Source of the DNA: Rhodocyclaceae bacterium
Lineage (GTDB): Bacteria; Pseudomonadota; Gammaproteobacteria; Burkholderiales; Rhodocyclaceae
NCBI GenBank assembly: GCA_050287865.1
Contig: JBNKCS010000003.1
Span: 1,711-25,710 of the forward strand
Direction: 5' to 3'
Length of the DNA: 24,000 bases
Below the pieces are notes generated by a model. It made no database searches. It saw only the letters and a list, made by a program, of their open reading frames with translations, and had not been told where the DNA came from. Positions within the stretch are counted from its first letter, which is position 1; every line of letters begins with the position of its first letter. Shown here one piece after another: positions 8,325 to 20,700 of this stretch. A program made the translations under genes and the position numbers.

Positions 8325-9329
8325 TCAATTTCCTCCCGTTTTCTTCTTCTGGTGCTGGGCCACGGCGCGATTATGCTCCTCGAGGGTTCGCGAAAACACG
8401 CTCGTGCCGTCGCCGCGAGCGACAAAGTACAGCATCTCGGACTGCGGTGGATGCAGCACAAGGTGAATGGATGCCTGCCCCGGCATGGAGATCGGGGTCG
8501 GCGGCAAACCGGGCCTCATATAGGTGTTGTACTCGCCGTCGGTCACCAGATCCCGCTTGCGCAAGTTTCCGTCAAATGCCTCACCCAAGCCGTAGATCAC
8601 CGTCGGATCGGTTTGCAACAGCATGCCGCGGCGCAGGCGATTGGTGAATACCGAGGCGACGAAGGGGCGATCTTCCGGCCGACCCGTTTCCTTTTCGACG
8701 ATCGAGGCCATGATCAGCGCTTGATAGGGATCTCCGTAAGGCACTGACACATCGCGATTTTCCCACTCAGATTCCAAACGCTGTCGCATGGTCTGGTAGG
8801 CCCGGCGCAAAACATCAAGGTCACTCGATCGTTTGGCGAAGAGATAGGTATCCGGGAAAAACAACCCTTCCGGGTGCGATTCCGTCGCGCCGATACGGGT
8901 CAGCACCTCACCGTCCGTGAGCCCCCTTGTATCGTGACGCAGGTTTGGATTGGCGTCCAGGACAGCACGTAGCTCCCGGAACGTTTTGCCCTCGACGAAC
9001 ACGATTTCGGCCTGCGAGACGTCCCCCCGGGTGATCCTGCGGAGGATTTCCCAAGGCGTTACGCCTTGCACCAACTCGTAGCTCCCCGCCTTGACCTCGC
9101 CCGCCTTGCCGGTAAACCGCCCGAGCCAGGTGAATTTCCAGGACTGAAATTCGACACCTGCCCTGGCAATCTCGTTGGCGGCGCCACGTAGGCCGGTCTT
9201 GGGGAAAATTTCGAATTCGAGCGGCGTCTTGACCAGCGAAACCGGCGTGAACGCAAACCAGGCCAGCCAGCCGGCAAAGCCGGCGACGACAAGAATTACA
9301 AAGGAAATCAGGCGTATGGTGAAGCGCAT
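8325..9329 (-). CDS. mltG: Endolytic murein transglycosylase MltG (YceG family)
   Basis: 334 aa from ATG at 9329 (MRFTIRLISFVILVVAGFAGWLAW, N-terminal TM anchor). YceG-like body (ASIVEKETGRPEDRPFVASVFTNRLRRGMLLQTDPTVIYG). The longer ORF start at 9422 would add a non-conserved extension. Confidence 0.9.
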   Translation of the reverse strand: MRFTIRLISFVILVVAGFAGWLAWFAFTPVSLVKTPLEFEIFPKTGLRGAANEIARAGVEFQSWKFTWLGRFTGKAGEVKAGSYELVQGVTPWEILRRITRGDVSQAEIVFVEGKTFRELRAVLDANPNLRHDTRGLTDGEVLTRIGATESHPEGLFFPDTYLFAKRSSDLDVLRRAYQTMRQRLESEWENRDVSVPYGDPYQALIMASIVEKETGRPEDRPFVASVFTNRLRRGMLLQTDPTVIYGLGEAFDGNLRKRDLVTDGEYNTYMRPGLPPTPISMPGQASIHLVLHPPQSEMLYFVARGDGTSVFSRTLEEHNRAVAQHQKKKTGGN

Positions 9330-9420
9330 CGAGTTCGCGGCAAGGGTGCCATGCCGGGCCTGCAAAGGAGGGCATAATAATACCCAGACACCCCATGAAA
9401 TGCTGTCGGAGAATACCAAC

Positions 9421-10440
9421 ATGAGCCTGACCCGCTGGACCGAATTTCTTGCTGCCCATCATCTGACGCCTGACGGCGAGAGCTTTGGCGACCTGACCGG
9501 CGAGCTCGCCGCCGCGCGGGAAGATGCCGTGCTGGCCCCGCTGACCGACTACGCAGTGATTCGCGCCCGTGGCGAAGACGCCGCCGAGTTCCTGCACAAC
9601 CTGCTCAGCAACGACATCAAGAACCTTCCGGCCGATGGCGTCCGGTTCGCCGGTCTTTGCACCCCGAAAGGCAGGCTGCTGGCGACATTTCACATCTGGC
9701 ACGACGGCCCGGACATCCTGCTTGCCCTTTCCGCGGACATCCAGCCGGCGATCCTGAAGCGCTTGTCGATGTACATCCTGCGCAGCAAGGTCACACTGAC
9801 CGACGCGAACCTTGCGCTCATCGGCCTGGCGGGACCGCAGGCAAAAGCCGTGGCGAGTGAGGCTTTCGGACACGCGCCTGAGACTATGAACGTCACCGAG
9901 GTTCCGGGTGGACAACTGCTCGGGCTGACCGGTCAACGCTACCTCCTTGCCCTGGCCCCGGAGGCCGCGATCGACGCTTGGCCAAAATTGACGGAGAAAG
10001 CCCGCCCAACAGGCGCCGCCACCTGGCGCTGGAGCGAGATCGCGGCCGGACAGCCGCGAGTCGTCCAGGCGACCCAGGAAGCCTTCGTGCCGCAGATGGT
10101 CAACATGGAGATTCCGGCCGTCGGCGGCGTCAGTTTCAACAAGGGCTGCTATCCAGGGCAGGAAATCGTCGCCCGCACGCAATATTTGGGCAAGGTGAAG
10201 CGCCGCATGTATCGGGCCAGGATGGATACCGCGCTGCCGCCGGGTACAGACGTCTTTACCCTGGAATCCGGCGACCAGCACTGCGGCGCCCTGGTGACTA
10301 CAGCTCCCTCCCCCGACGGCGGTTTCGAGTGCCTGGTGGTCGCCCAATCCTCTGGTGCCGAAGGCGCCGAGGTATTTGCGGGTGGCCCCGGCGTGCCGCC
10401 ACGGCTGACTTTGGGGACGCTGCCCTACACCCTCGACTGA
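9421..10440 (+). CDS. ygfZ: Folate-binding Fe-S cluster repair / tRNA-modification protein YgfZ (GcvT-like)
   Basis: 339 aa from ATG at 9421. Signature KGCYPGQE (NKGCYPGQEIVARTQYLGKVKRR) and GcvT-like N-terminal half. Confidence 0.85.
   Translation: MSLTRWTEFLAAHHLTPDGESFGDLTGELAAAREDAVLAPLTDYAVIRARGEDAAEFLHNLLSNDIKNLPADGVRFAGLCTPKGRLLATFHIWHDGPDILLALSADIQPAILKRLSMYILRSKVTLTDANLALIGLAGPQAKAVASEAFGHAPETMNVTEVPGGQLLGLTGQRYLLALAPEAAIDAWPKLTEKARPTGAATWRWSEIAAGQPRVVQATQEAFVPQMVNMEIPAVGGVSFNKGCYPGQEIVARTQYLGKVKRRMYRARMDTALPPGTDVFTLESGDQHCGALVTTAPSPDGGFECLVVAQSSGAEGAEVFAGGPGVPPRLTLGTLPYTLD
10389..10412 (+). repeat. Copy 2 of the 24-nt element (CGGCGTGCCGCCACGGCTGACTTT)
   Basis: Lies inside the ygfZ 3-prime end in sense orientation, in a different frame from copy 1; it encodes GVPPRLTL. 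Confidence 0.85.
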
Positions 10441-11210
10441 TGTGCCTGATTCTCGTCGCCTGGGAGGCGCACCCCGACTACCCGCTGGTGGTCGCCGCCA
10501 ACCGCGACGAGTTCTTCAGCCGCCCGACCGCCCCGGCCTCGTTTTGGGGCGACGGAGAGATATTGGCAGGGCGCGATTTGCAGAGTGGCGGCACGTGGAT
10601 GGGCGTGACCCGCTCCGGCCGCTTCGCGGCGCTGACCAACTTCCGCGACCCAGGCCTGCATAGTGAAAACCGGGCGTCCCGAGGCAAGCTGGTCGCCGGT
10701 TTCCTTGAAGCGGACGAAGCGCCGCTGACGTGGCTCGAACAGAGGCGTGCCGAAGCGGACCACTACAATCCGTTCAATCTTCTTGTCGGCGACCGAAGTT
10801 CGCTGGCTTGCTATTCGAGTGTCAGCCACGAACTGCTGCCCTTGGGTCCAGGCATCTACGGCCTGTCCAACCATTTGCTCGACACACCCTGGCCGAAAGT
10901 TCAGGCCGCGAAGTCGTCGCTCTCCCTGGCATTGGCCGCCCTGCCCGACACCGCGCCCCTGTTCGAACTGTTGCGCGACGATGCGATCCATGCCGACACG
11001 GCGCTGCCGCGCACCGGCGTCGGTCTGGAATGGGAACGGCTGCTGTCGGCGGCCTTCGTCAAGGCACCAGGCTATGGCACCCGCAGCTCGACGGTTCTGA
11101 TAGTCAGCCGTGGCGACACGCCGATATTCGACGAGCAGACCTGGCTCGAAGGGGGAATAGCGGGCGGCCGCAGCCGCTTCCGCTTCAAGCGGTCAAACGC
11201 CGCCTCATGA
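10440..11210 (+). CDS. NRDE-family protein (DUF833 / TANGO2-like)
   Basis: 256 aa. MCLILVAW...VVAANRDEF motif. The ATG overlaps the ygfZ TGA by 1 nt (cTGATGt). Confidence 0.8.
   Translation: MCLILVAWEAHPDYPLVVAANRDEFFSRPTAPASFWGDGEILAGRDLQSGGTWMGVTRSGRFAALTNFRDPGLHSENRASRGKLVAGFLEADEAPLTWLEQRRAEADHYNPFNLLVGDRSSLACYSSVSHELLPLGPGIYGLSNHLLDTPWPKVQAAKSSLSLALAALPDTAPLFELLRDDAIHADTALPRTGVGLEWERLLSAAFVKAPGYGTRSSTVLIVSRGDTPIFDEQTWLEGGIAGGRSRFRFKRSNAAS
11100..11123 (-). repeat. Copy 3 of the 24-nt element (minus strand reads CGGCGTGTCGCCACGGCTGACTAT)
   Basis: 23/24 match to the consensus; only the TTT tail differs. It lies inside the NRDE-family CDS in antisense orientation, where the plus strand encodes IVSRGDTP. 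Confidence 0.85.
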
Positions 11211-12081
11211 GGACGTGCGAAATTCCTGCCTCGACGAACTCCTCACCTTCCCGGATGAAGTCGAAACGCCGATAGAACGGTTCGGCCGATATCTGCGCAT
11301 GGAGGGCGACTTGCCCGATACTGCGCTGTCGCGCGGCTTCCATCAGGTGCAGCAAAAGCAAGGTGCCGACCCCTTTGCCGCGCCAGTCCTTCAGGACCGC
11401 CATACGTCCGATACGGCCGTCGGGCAGCAGGCGTCCGGTACCGATGGCGCGGCCATCTGGACCGCGCGCCACGGCATGATGACTGAGCGCATCCCAGCGA
11501 TCCCACTCCATTTCGACGGGAACCCCCTGCTCGCCGACAAAGACCGCATGGCGGATCGGCCCGGCCAACGGCCCCAGTTGCTCCCAATCGGCGTCCTCGA
11601 CACCAAATTCCACGATATCCACGGGCGTGTACGGCGGCACGAGATCGAAGAGTTCGACGATATCGCGGTTGCGCATGCGGATACAGCCGATCGAACCCGG
11701 ACGGCCCATTTCGACGATATCCGGACTGCCATGGATGTAGATATAGCGACGCATCGTATCGACCTGCCCCAGCCGGTTGATGCCCGGTTCGCACCCCGAC
11801 AACCAAAGAATCCGGGTCAATATCCAGTCGCGCCCCGGATGAGTCGCCGCGAGATCCGGCGACCATATCTCGCCGGTCGGCCGCCGCCGGACGAACACGG
11901 AATTCTCCGGCGCGCCCGCTCCAATCTTGGCGCGAACGACGTGCCGTCCGCGTGGTGTCCTGAAGCTGCCGTTGATTTCGCCCACACCATTGGCTGCAGT
12001 CGAGACTGGATATCGCCGTAAAAAAGTTGAATTATTATATAATTCAACTTGTTGAAACGGTATATTAATCCAGATTCTCAT
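11185..12081 (-). CDS. Fusion protein: N-terminal YkuD-type L,D-transpeptidase catalytic domain plus C-terminal GNAT N-acetyltransferase domain, no signal peptide
   Basis: 298 aa. YkuD signature YIYIHGSP...GSIGCIRMRNRDIVELF (His...Cys catalytic pair) in aa ~1-150. GNAT pattern RMAVLKDWRGKGVGTLLL...AQISAEPFYRRFDF...GISHVLM in aa ~155-298. The N-terminus MRIWINIPFQQVELYNN has no hydrophobic signal. The ATG directly abuts the tadA stop. Confidence 0.8.
   Translation of the reverse strand: MRIWINIPFQQVELYNNSTFLRRYPVSTAANGVGEINGSFRTPRGRHVVRAKIGAGAPENSVFVRRRPTGEIWSPDLAATHPGRDWILTRILWLSGCEPGINRLGQVDTMRRYIYIHGSPDIVEMGRPGSIGCIRMRNRDIVELFDLVPPYTPVDIVEFGVEDADWEQLGPLAGPIRHAVFVGEQGVPVEMEWDRWDALSHHAVARGPDGRAIGTGRLLPDGRIGRMAVLKDWRGKGVGTLLLLHLMEAARQRSIGQVALHAQISAEPFYRRFDFIREGEEFVEAGISHVLMRRRLTA
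12025..12049 (-). terminator. AT-rich perfect 11-bp inverted repeat with T6 tail (terminator-like or operator-like), inside the 5-prime end of the YkuD-GNAT ORF
   Basis: The minus strand reads AGTTGAATTAT-ata-ATAATTCAACT followed by TTTTTA, 33 nt downstream of the tadA stop. It sits in a ~55-nt AT-rich island within otherwise GC-rich DNA. Confidence 0.4.
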
Positions 12082-13111
<1,030 letters not shown>

Positions 13112-13137
13112 GATTACTCCTTGCTTATCGATGCATA

Positions 13138-15915
13138 TTACTTGCCGGCATGCTTCAGTTGCGCCTGAGCCGCCGCCAACCGGGCAATCGGCACACGTGG
13201 GCCGGAGCACGAAACGTAGGTCAGTCCGATTTCGTGGCAGAACTCGATGGAAGCGGGGTGGCCGCCGTGTTCGCCGCAAATGCCGATCTTGAGTTCGGGG
13301 TTCGTTTCGCGTCCCAACCTGACCGCAATCTTCATGACTTCGCCAACACCCTTCTGATCGAGTACCTCAAACGGATTGTCCTGCAATATGCCGGTCTCGT
13401 TATACGCGGGTAAGAACTTGTTTTCCGCGTCTTCACGTGAGAATGAGAAAGTCGCCTGGGTCAGGTCATTGGTGCCGAACGAGAAAAACTCGGCCATTTT
13501 CGCCATGCGCCCGGCACGCATGCAGGCCCGGACCACTTCGAGCATGGAACCGAACTTGAACTGGACGTCGATACCCTGGGTCAGCTCGACAATCTTGTGG
13601 ATTCGGTCGACGTAACTCTTGATACGCTCCAGTTCCTCAACGGTCGCCACCTGCGGCACCATGATTTCCGGATTGACGGCGATACCTTCCCTGGCACACA
13701 AAGCGGCCGCTTCGAGAACCGCCTGGATCTGCATCGAGTAGATTTCCGGATAGGTGATACCGAGCCGGACGCCGCGATGGCCAAGCATCGGATTCACCTC
13801 CGCCATGGCGCGTACTTTGCGCAGCGTCTTTTCCTTCTTGACGATGACGTCGTCTTCGAGGTGCGACTCCTTGAAGACATCCAGCGCTTCGTTAAGGCGA
13901 CCCAGTCCGTCGGCGTACTTCTGATGCAGGGCTGGATTGAGGAGTTTGAGCGTTTCCGGCAGCTCCTCGATACCCTTGATGGTGTCCTTCAGGTGCCGCA
14001 GATGGGTAATTTCGAGTTCCAGTTGCGCCGCCGTCGGCAGGAATTCATGCATCGGCGGATCGAGCAGGCGCACCGTCACCGGCAAGCCCTTCATGGCCTT
14101 GAAGATACCCTTGAAATCGTTTCGCTGAATGGGCAGCAGGCGATCCAGCGCCGCCTGACGTTCTTCCAGCGATTCGGCGAGGATCATCTCCTGAACGATG
14201 GGCAGGCGGTCGGTGCTGTTGAACATGCGTTCGGTACGGCAAAGACCGATGCCCTTGGCGCCGAAAGCACGTGCCTTGGCGGCATCGGTCGGCGTATCGG
14301 CGTTGGCGCGGACTTCCAGGCGCGCGACTTCGTCGGCCCAGTCGAGCAACACATTCAGTTCAGGAGAAAACTCCGGCTCGACAGTCGGCACTTCGCCTGA
14401 ATAGACGTGACCGGTACCGCCGTCGATGGTCACGACATCGCCTTCGTGCAGCGTCGTATCGCCGATCGTCGCCTTGCGCATCACATCGTCGATATGAATG
14501 GCTTCGCAGCCGGAAACACAGGGCTTACCCATGCCGCGCGCAACGACCGCCGCATGCGAGGTCTTGCCGCCTCGGCTGGTGAGAATGCCTTGGGCCTGGA
14601 AGAAGCCATGGATGTCCTCGGGCTTGGTTTCCTCGCGAACCAGAATGATCTTTTCCCCGGCACGGCCGCGAATTTCGGCAGTGTCGGCATCGAAAACGAT
14701 ATGGCCCGACGCCGCGCCAGGCGATGCGGGCAGCCCCTGGGCGAGCGATTTACCCTTGAAACTGGGCGCCAGCTGCGGCACAAGCAATTGCTCGAGGACT
14801 GCCGGCTCGACCCGCAACAACGCCTTCTCGCGCGTAATGAGACCATCATTGGCCATTTCCACCGATGTACGCACCATCGCACGCGCATTCATCTTGCCGT
14901 TTCGCGTCTGCAGGCAATAGAGCTTGCCTTTCTCGATAGTGAACTCGAAGTCCTGAACTTCCTTGTAGTGGGACTCCAGGCGATTGTGCAACTCAATCAA
15001 CTGCGCGTAGATCTCCGGCATTTCGGCTGCCATGTCGGCGATCGGCTTTGGCGTACGAATGCCGGCGACGACATCCTCGCCTTGGGCATTGACCAGATAT
15101 TCACCATAAATCTGATTCTCGCCGGTACCCGGATTACGCGTAAATCCGACGCCGGTGCCGGAGTCGTTGCCCATGTTGCCGAAAACCATGGTGCAAACGT
15201 TGACCGCCGTGCCGTTGGCCATGGCCGGCGTGATCCTGAACTGCTTGCGATAGTCGATCGCGCGCTTGCCGTTCCACGAGCGGAAGACTGCCTTGAGCGA
15301 AATTTCCAGCTGTTCGTATGGATCCTGCGGAAACGGCTTCCCGGACTGGGCGAGCACAATGGCCAAAAATGCCTCAGTCAGTTCCTTGAGGTGCTCGGCC
15401 TTGAGATCCACGTCCTGACGGGCCGCATACTTGGTCTTGATCTCCGCCATCTTTTCGTCGAAATGCTCGTCCGAGATGTTCAGGGCGATTTTCCCGAAGA
15501 GCTGGATGAAACGCCGATAGGCATCCCAGGCAAAACGTTCGTTCTTGGTCTGCTTGATGAGTCCCTTGATCGACTCCTCATTCAGCCCCAGATTGAGGAT
15601 GGTATCCATCATGCCCGGCATCGACATCGCGGAGCCGGAACGAACCGAAACCAGCAGGGGGTTTTCGTTGGAGCCGAAACCCTTGCCCGTCTTCTTCTCA
15701 AGATCGGCCACGTACTGCTTGATGGTTTCCCAGAGCCCGTTGGGCAGGTTTCCTTTTTCGAGATAGGCAAGACAGGCCTCGGTACTGACCGTAAAACCGG
15801 GCGGGACCGCCAGGCCGATCTGGGTCATTTCGCAAAGATTAGCCCCCTTGCCACCCAGAAGCAGCTTGTTCTTGCCGTCACCTTCCTCGAAAGAAAACAC
15901 GTACTGCTTGACCAT
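13138..15915 (-). CDS. ppdK: Pyruvate, phosphate dikinase
   Basis: 925 aa. N-terminus GGKGANLCEMT. Catalytic-His motif TSRGGKTSHAAVVARGMG. PEP-utilising C-terminal domain (GLCRTERMF, GICGEHGGHP). Confidence 0.95.
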   Translation of the reverse strand: MVKQYVFSFEEGDGKNKLLLGGKGANLCEMTQIGLAVPPGFTVSTEACLAYLEKGNLPNGLWETIKQYVADLEKKTGKGFGSNENPLLVSVRSGSAMSMPGMMDTILNLGLNEESIKGLIKQTKNERFAWDAYRRFIQLFGKIALNISDEHFDEKMAEIKTKYAARQDVDLKAEHLKELTEAFLAIVLAQSGKPFPQDPYEQLEISLKAVFRSWNGKRAIDYRKQFRITPAMANGTAVNVCTMVFGNMGNDSGTGVGFTRNPGTGENQIYGEYLVNAQGEDVVAGIRTPKPIADMAAEMPEIYAQLIELHNRLESHYKEVQDFEFTIEKGKLYCLQTRNGKMNARAMVRTSVEMANDGLITREKALLRVEPAVLEQLLVPQLAPSFKGKSLAQGLPASPGAASGHIVFDADTAEIRGRAGEKIILVREETKPEDIHGFFQAQGILTSRGGKTSHAAVVARGMGKPCVSGCEAIHIDDVMRKATIGDTTLHEGDVVTIDGGTGHVYSGEVPTVEPEFSPELNVLLDWADEVARLEVRANADTPTDAAKARAFGAKGIGLCRTERMFNSTDRLPIVQEMILAESLEERQAALDRLLPIQRNDFKGIFKAMKGLPVTVRLLDPPMHEFLPTAAQLELEITHLRHLKDTIKGIEELPETLKLLNPALHQKYADGLGRLNEALDVFKESHLEDDVIVKKEKTLRKVRAMAEVNPMLGHRGVRLGITYPEIYSMQIQAVLEAAALCAREGIAVNPEIMVPQVATVEELERIKSYVDRIHKIVELTQGIDVQFKFGSMLEVVRACMRAGRMAKMAEFFSFGTNDLTQATFSFSREDAENKFLPAYNETGILQDNPFEVLDQKGVGEVMKIAVRLGRETNPELKIGICGEHGGHPASIEFCHEIGLTYVSCSGPRVPIARLAAAQAQLKHAGK

Positions 15916-16096
15916 GACCGCTCCCTCAGACTGTGTGAATTATCTTGAAAACATAGCAGAAACTCGGCCTTCCGGGTACTGCTCTTTGTCAAAAGAAGCG
16001 CCTTTGCCGGTACTCAGGCACGCCGATGGTGCTATGCCACTGAAGGAGTTAGTATTCGTCTTCCCCTTCAACAACTCGCGCAATCTTCCGACCGCC

Positions 16097-16645
16097 ATGA
16101 AATATCGCAAACCTGTACTGAGCTCCCTGCTGACCTCTTTCCTCGTATGCGGCATCGGCCTTGCCGGCTGCATGACCAACGAGAGCAAGCCCTCCGAACC
16201 GGCGCAACAAGCGCAGCCAGCGTCCAAGAAAGCCGAGGCACCTGCCCCGGTCGCGGCTGCGCCGATGGCAAATGGCCAATACGATCTTTCCCGCAACAAG
16301 CCTGTCACCGACTCGAGCACAGTCGAGGCCGGAAAGGGCACCCTGGTCAAGGGTATCAACGACTGGGAAGGTGAAATTTCCGGAATCCCGGCACGGGGAA
16401 GCAAGTTCACCAAGCTCAAGATCGGCATGTCAACCGACGAGGTTTTCCGTTTAATCGGGCAGCCGTCGGGCATGTCGAGCTACCCAACGGGCAAGGCACA
16501 CATTCCGTTCTACCACGGAGCCGATCGCTGGCGCCAAGAAGCAATCTACAAAGGCCAAGGCCGCCTGATTTTCTCCCAGCAAGGGGGGTGGGGTGCGTCG
16601 GAATTCAACCTGATCTGGATCATTCACAGCGCCAACGAGAAGTGA
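16097..16645 (+). CDS. Lipoprotein of unknown function (possible SmpA/OmlA-BamE-like C-terminal domain)
   Basis: 182 aa from ATG at 16097. Signal peptide plus lipobox LAGC. Low-complexity Ala/Pro/Gln linker. LKIGMSTDEVFRLIGQP resembles the SmpA/OmlA motif. The ORF-track start at 15848 is an upstream extension. Confidence 0.7.
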   Translation: MKYRKPVLSSLLTSFLVCGIGLAGCMTNESKPSEPAQQAQPASKKAEAPAPVAAAPMANGQYDLSRNKPVTDSSTVEAGKGTLVKGINDWEGEISGIPARGSKFTKLKIGMSTDEVFRLIGQPSGMSSYPTGKAHIPFYHGADRWRQEAIYKGQGRLIFSQQGGWGASEFNLIWIIHSANEK

Positions 16646-16669
16646 TTTAGCAAGCTGGGCTGCACCGCT

Positions 16670-16693
16670 CGGCGTATCGCCACGGCTGACTTT
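16670..16693 (+). repeat. Copy 4 of the 24-nt element (CGGCGTATCGCCACGGCTGACTTT)
   Basis: Intergenic. It starts 25 nt after the lipoprotein stop and ends 4 nt before a 10-bp GC hairpin. Confidence 0.85.
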
Positions 16694-16697
16694 CTGG

Positions 16698-16722
16698 CAG
16701 CGCCCGGCTCGACCGGGCGCTG
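16698..16722. terminator. GC-rich hairpin between the convergent lipoprotein gene and guaA (candidate terminator)
   Basis: CAGCGCCCGG (16698-16707), loop ctcga, CCGGGCGCTG (16713-16722). Only a weak T-run follows (gccgTTTa). Confidence 0.5.
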
Positions 16723-16727
16723 GCCGT

Positions 16728-18293
<1,566 letters not shown>

Positions 18294-18311
18294 GAGCTGC
18301 CTCAAATGCAG

Positions 18312-18335
18312 GACGGGCGGCCAGTGCCGCCCGTC
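18312..18335 (-). other. Intercistronic 9-bp GC hairpin between guaB and guaA
   Basis: GACGGGCGG-ccagtg-CCGCCCGTC, located between the guaB stop (18351) and the guaA RBS and start (18293). Confidence 0.4.
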
Positions 18336-18350
18336 GGGTTGTGTCGTGGA

Positions 18351-19838
<1,488 letters not shown>

Positions 19839-19901
19839 TTATACGCAGGCTGGCGGATCGGTCGCAAAAGTGCTGCCGCCGCCCCGACATAAGGAGGTTC
19901 C

Positions 19902-20372
19902 ATGCGTCTCGCCGCCATTGCCGCGTTGCTCGTTTTGCCACTCGTCGCCAACGCCCAGGTCTATAGATGGAAGGATGCCAGCGGCAAGGTCCACTACTCC
20001 GACCAGCCGCCCGCCGAACGGAGTATCGGAAGCCAGCGCCTGGCGCCGCCGACGAGCTACAGCGACGACGTCGAAAAGGCGACCGCAACAACCGCCGACA
20101 AGCGCGAGGAAGCCGCGAAGCAGGCCAAGGAAGCGGCCGAGAAGAATGCCAAGGCGGAACAGGAACGTGCCGAGGAAGCCATCCGTCAAGAGAACTGCCA
20201 GCGCGCCCGACAAAACCTTGCCGGCATGGAGTCCGGACAGATACGTTTCCGCATGACCGCCAGCGGCGAACGTGAGGCACTCGATGGTGACGTGCGGGAA
20301 GCGGAGTTGGCCGACGCCCGTCGCGCGGTCGAAACCAATTGCAGCCCGCGACCGACCGCCGCCAAGAAATAA
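19902..20372 (+). CDS. DUF4124 domain-containing secreted protein
   Basis: 156 aa. Signal peptide MRLAAIAALLVLPLVANA/Q followed by the DUF4124 signature VYRWKDASGKVHYSDQPP. Charged coiled-coil-like middle region. AAGGAGG RBS. Confidence 0.8.
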   Translation: MRLAAIAALLVLPLVANAQVYRWKDASGKVHYSDQPPAERSIGSQRLAPPTSYSDDVEKATATTADKREEAAKQAKEAAEKNAKAEQERAEEAIRQENCQRARQNLAGMESGQIRFRMTASGEREALDGDVREAELADARRAVETNCSPRPTAAKK

Positions 20373-20379
20373 TCCAGCG

Positions 20380-20700
20380 TTATTCCTCGGCGGTCGCTCC
20401 GCCGCCCTTCTTCATCGTCTTTCCGTCGGCGGCGCGCTGCTTGCGGACCTCCTTGGGGTCGGCGATCAGCGGGCGATAGATTTCCACCCGATCGCGATCG
20501 CGCACAACCGTGTCCAGGCGGCTCAATTTGCCGTAGATGCCGACCTTGGCCTTGGCCAGATCGATTTCCGGATGGCGCTGCGGCAGTCCGGACGACTCGA
20601 TGGCCTGCTGGATCGTGCTTCCTTCCGGCAACTTCAAGGGAACAACGTCCTGCCGATCCGGCTTGGCATAGGTGACTTCGACTTGGATGGATTCAGCCAT
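20380..20700 (-). CDS. rnfH: RnfH-family ubiquitin-like protein (UPF0125, RatB/YfjF)
   Basis: 106 aa from ATG at 20700 (MAESIQVEVTYAKPDRQ...VGIYGK...DRVEIYRPL). It overlaps the ratA stop by 8 nt. Confidence 0.8.
   Translation of the reverse strand: MAESIQVEVTYAKPDRQDVVPLKLPEGSTIQQAIESSGLPQRHPEIDLAKAKVGIYGKLSRLDTVVRDRDRVEIYRPLIADPKEVRKQRAADGKTMKKGGGATAEE

Noticed and set aside
8908-10347. 479-aa minus-strand ORF
   Set aside because: It is antisense to ygfZ and out of frame with mltG. It has shadow-ORF composition and no motifs, and both overlapped genes are well supported.
14407-15948. 513-aa plus-strand ORF, and the 267-aa ORF at 13597-14400
   Set aside because: Both are antisense to ppdK, whose full-length identity is unambiguous. 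They are GC-driven shadow ORFs.
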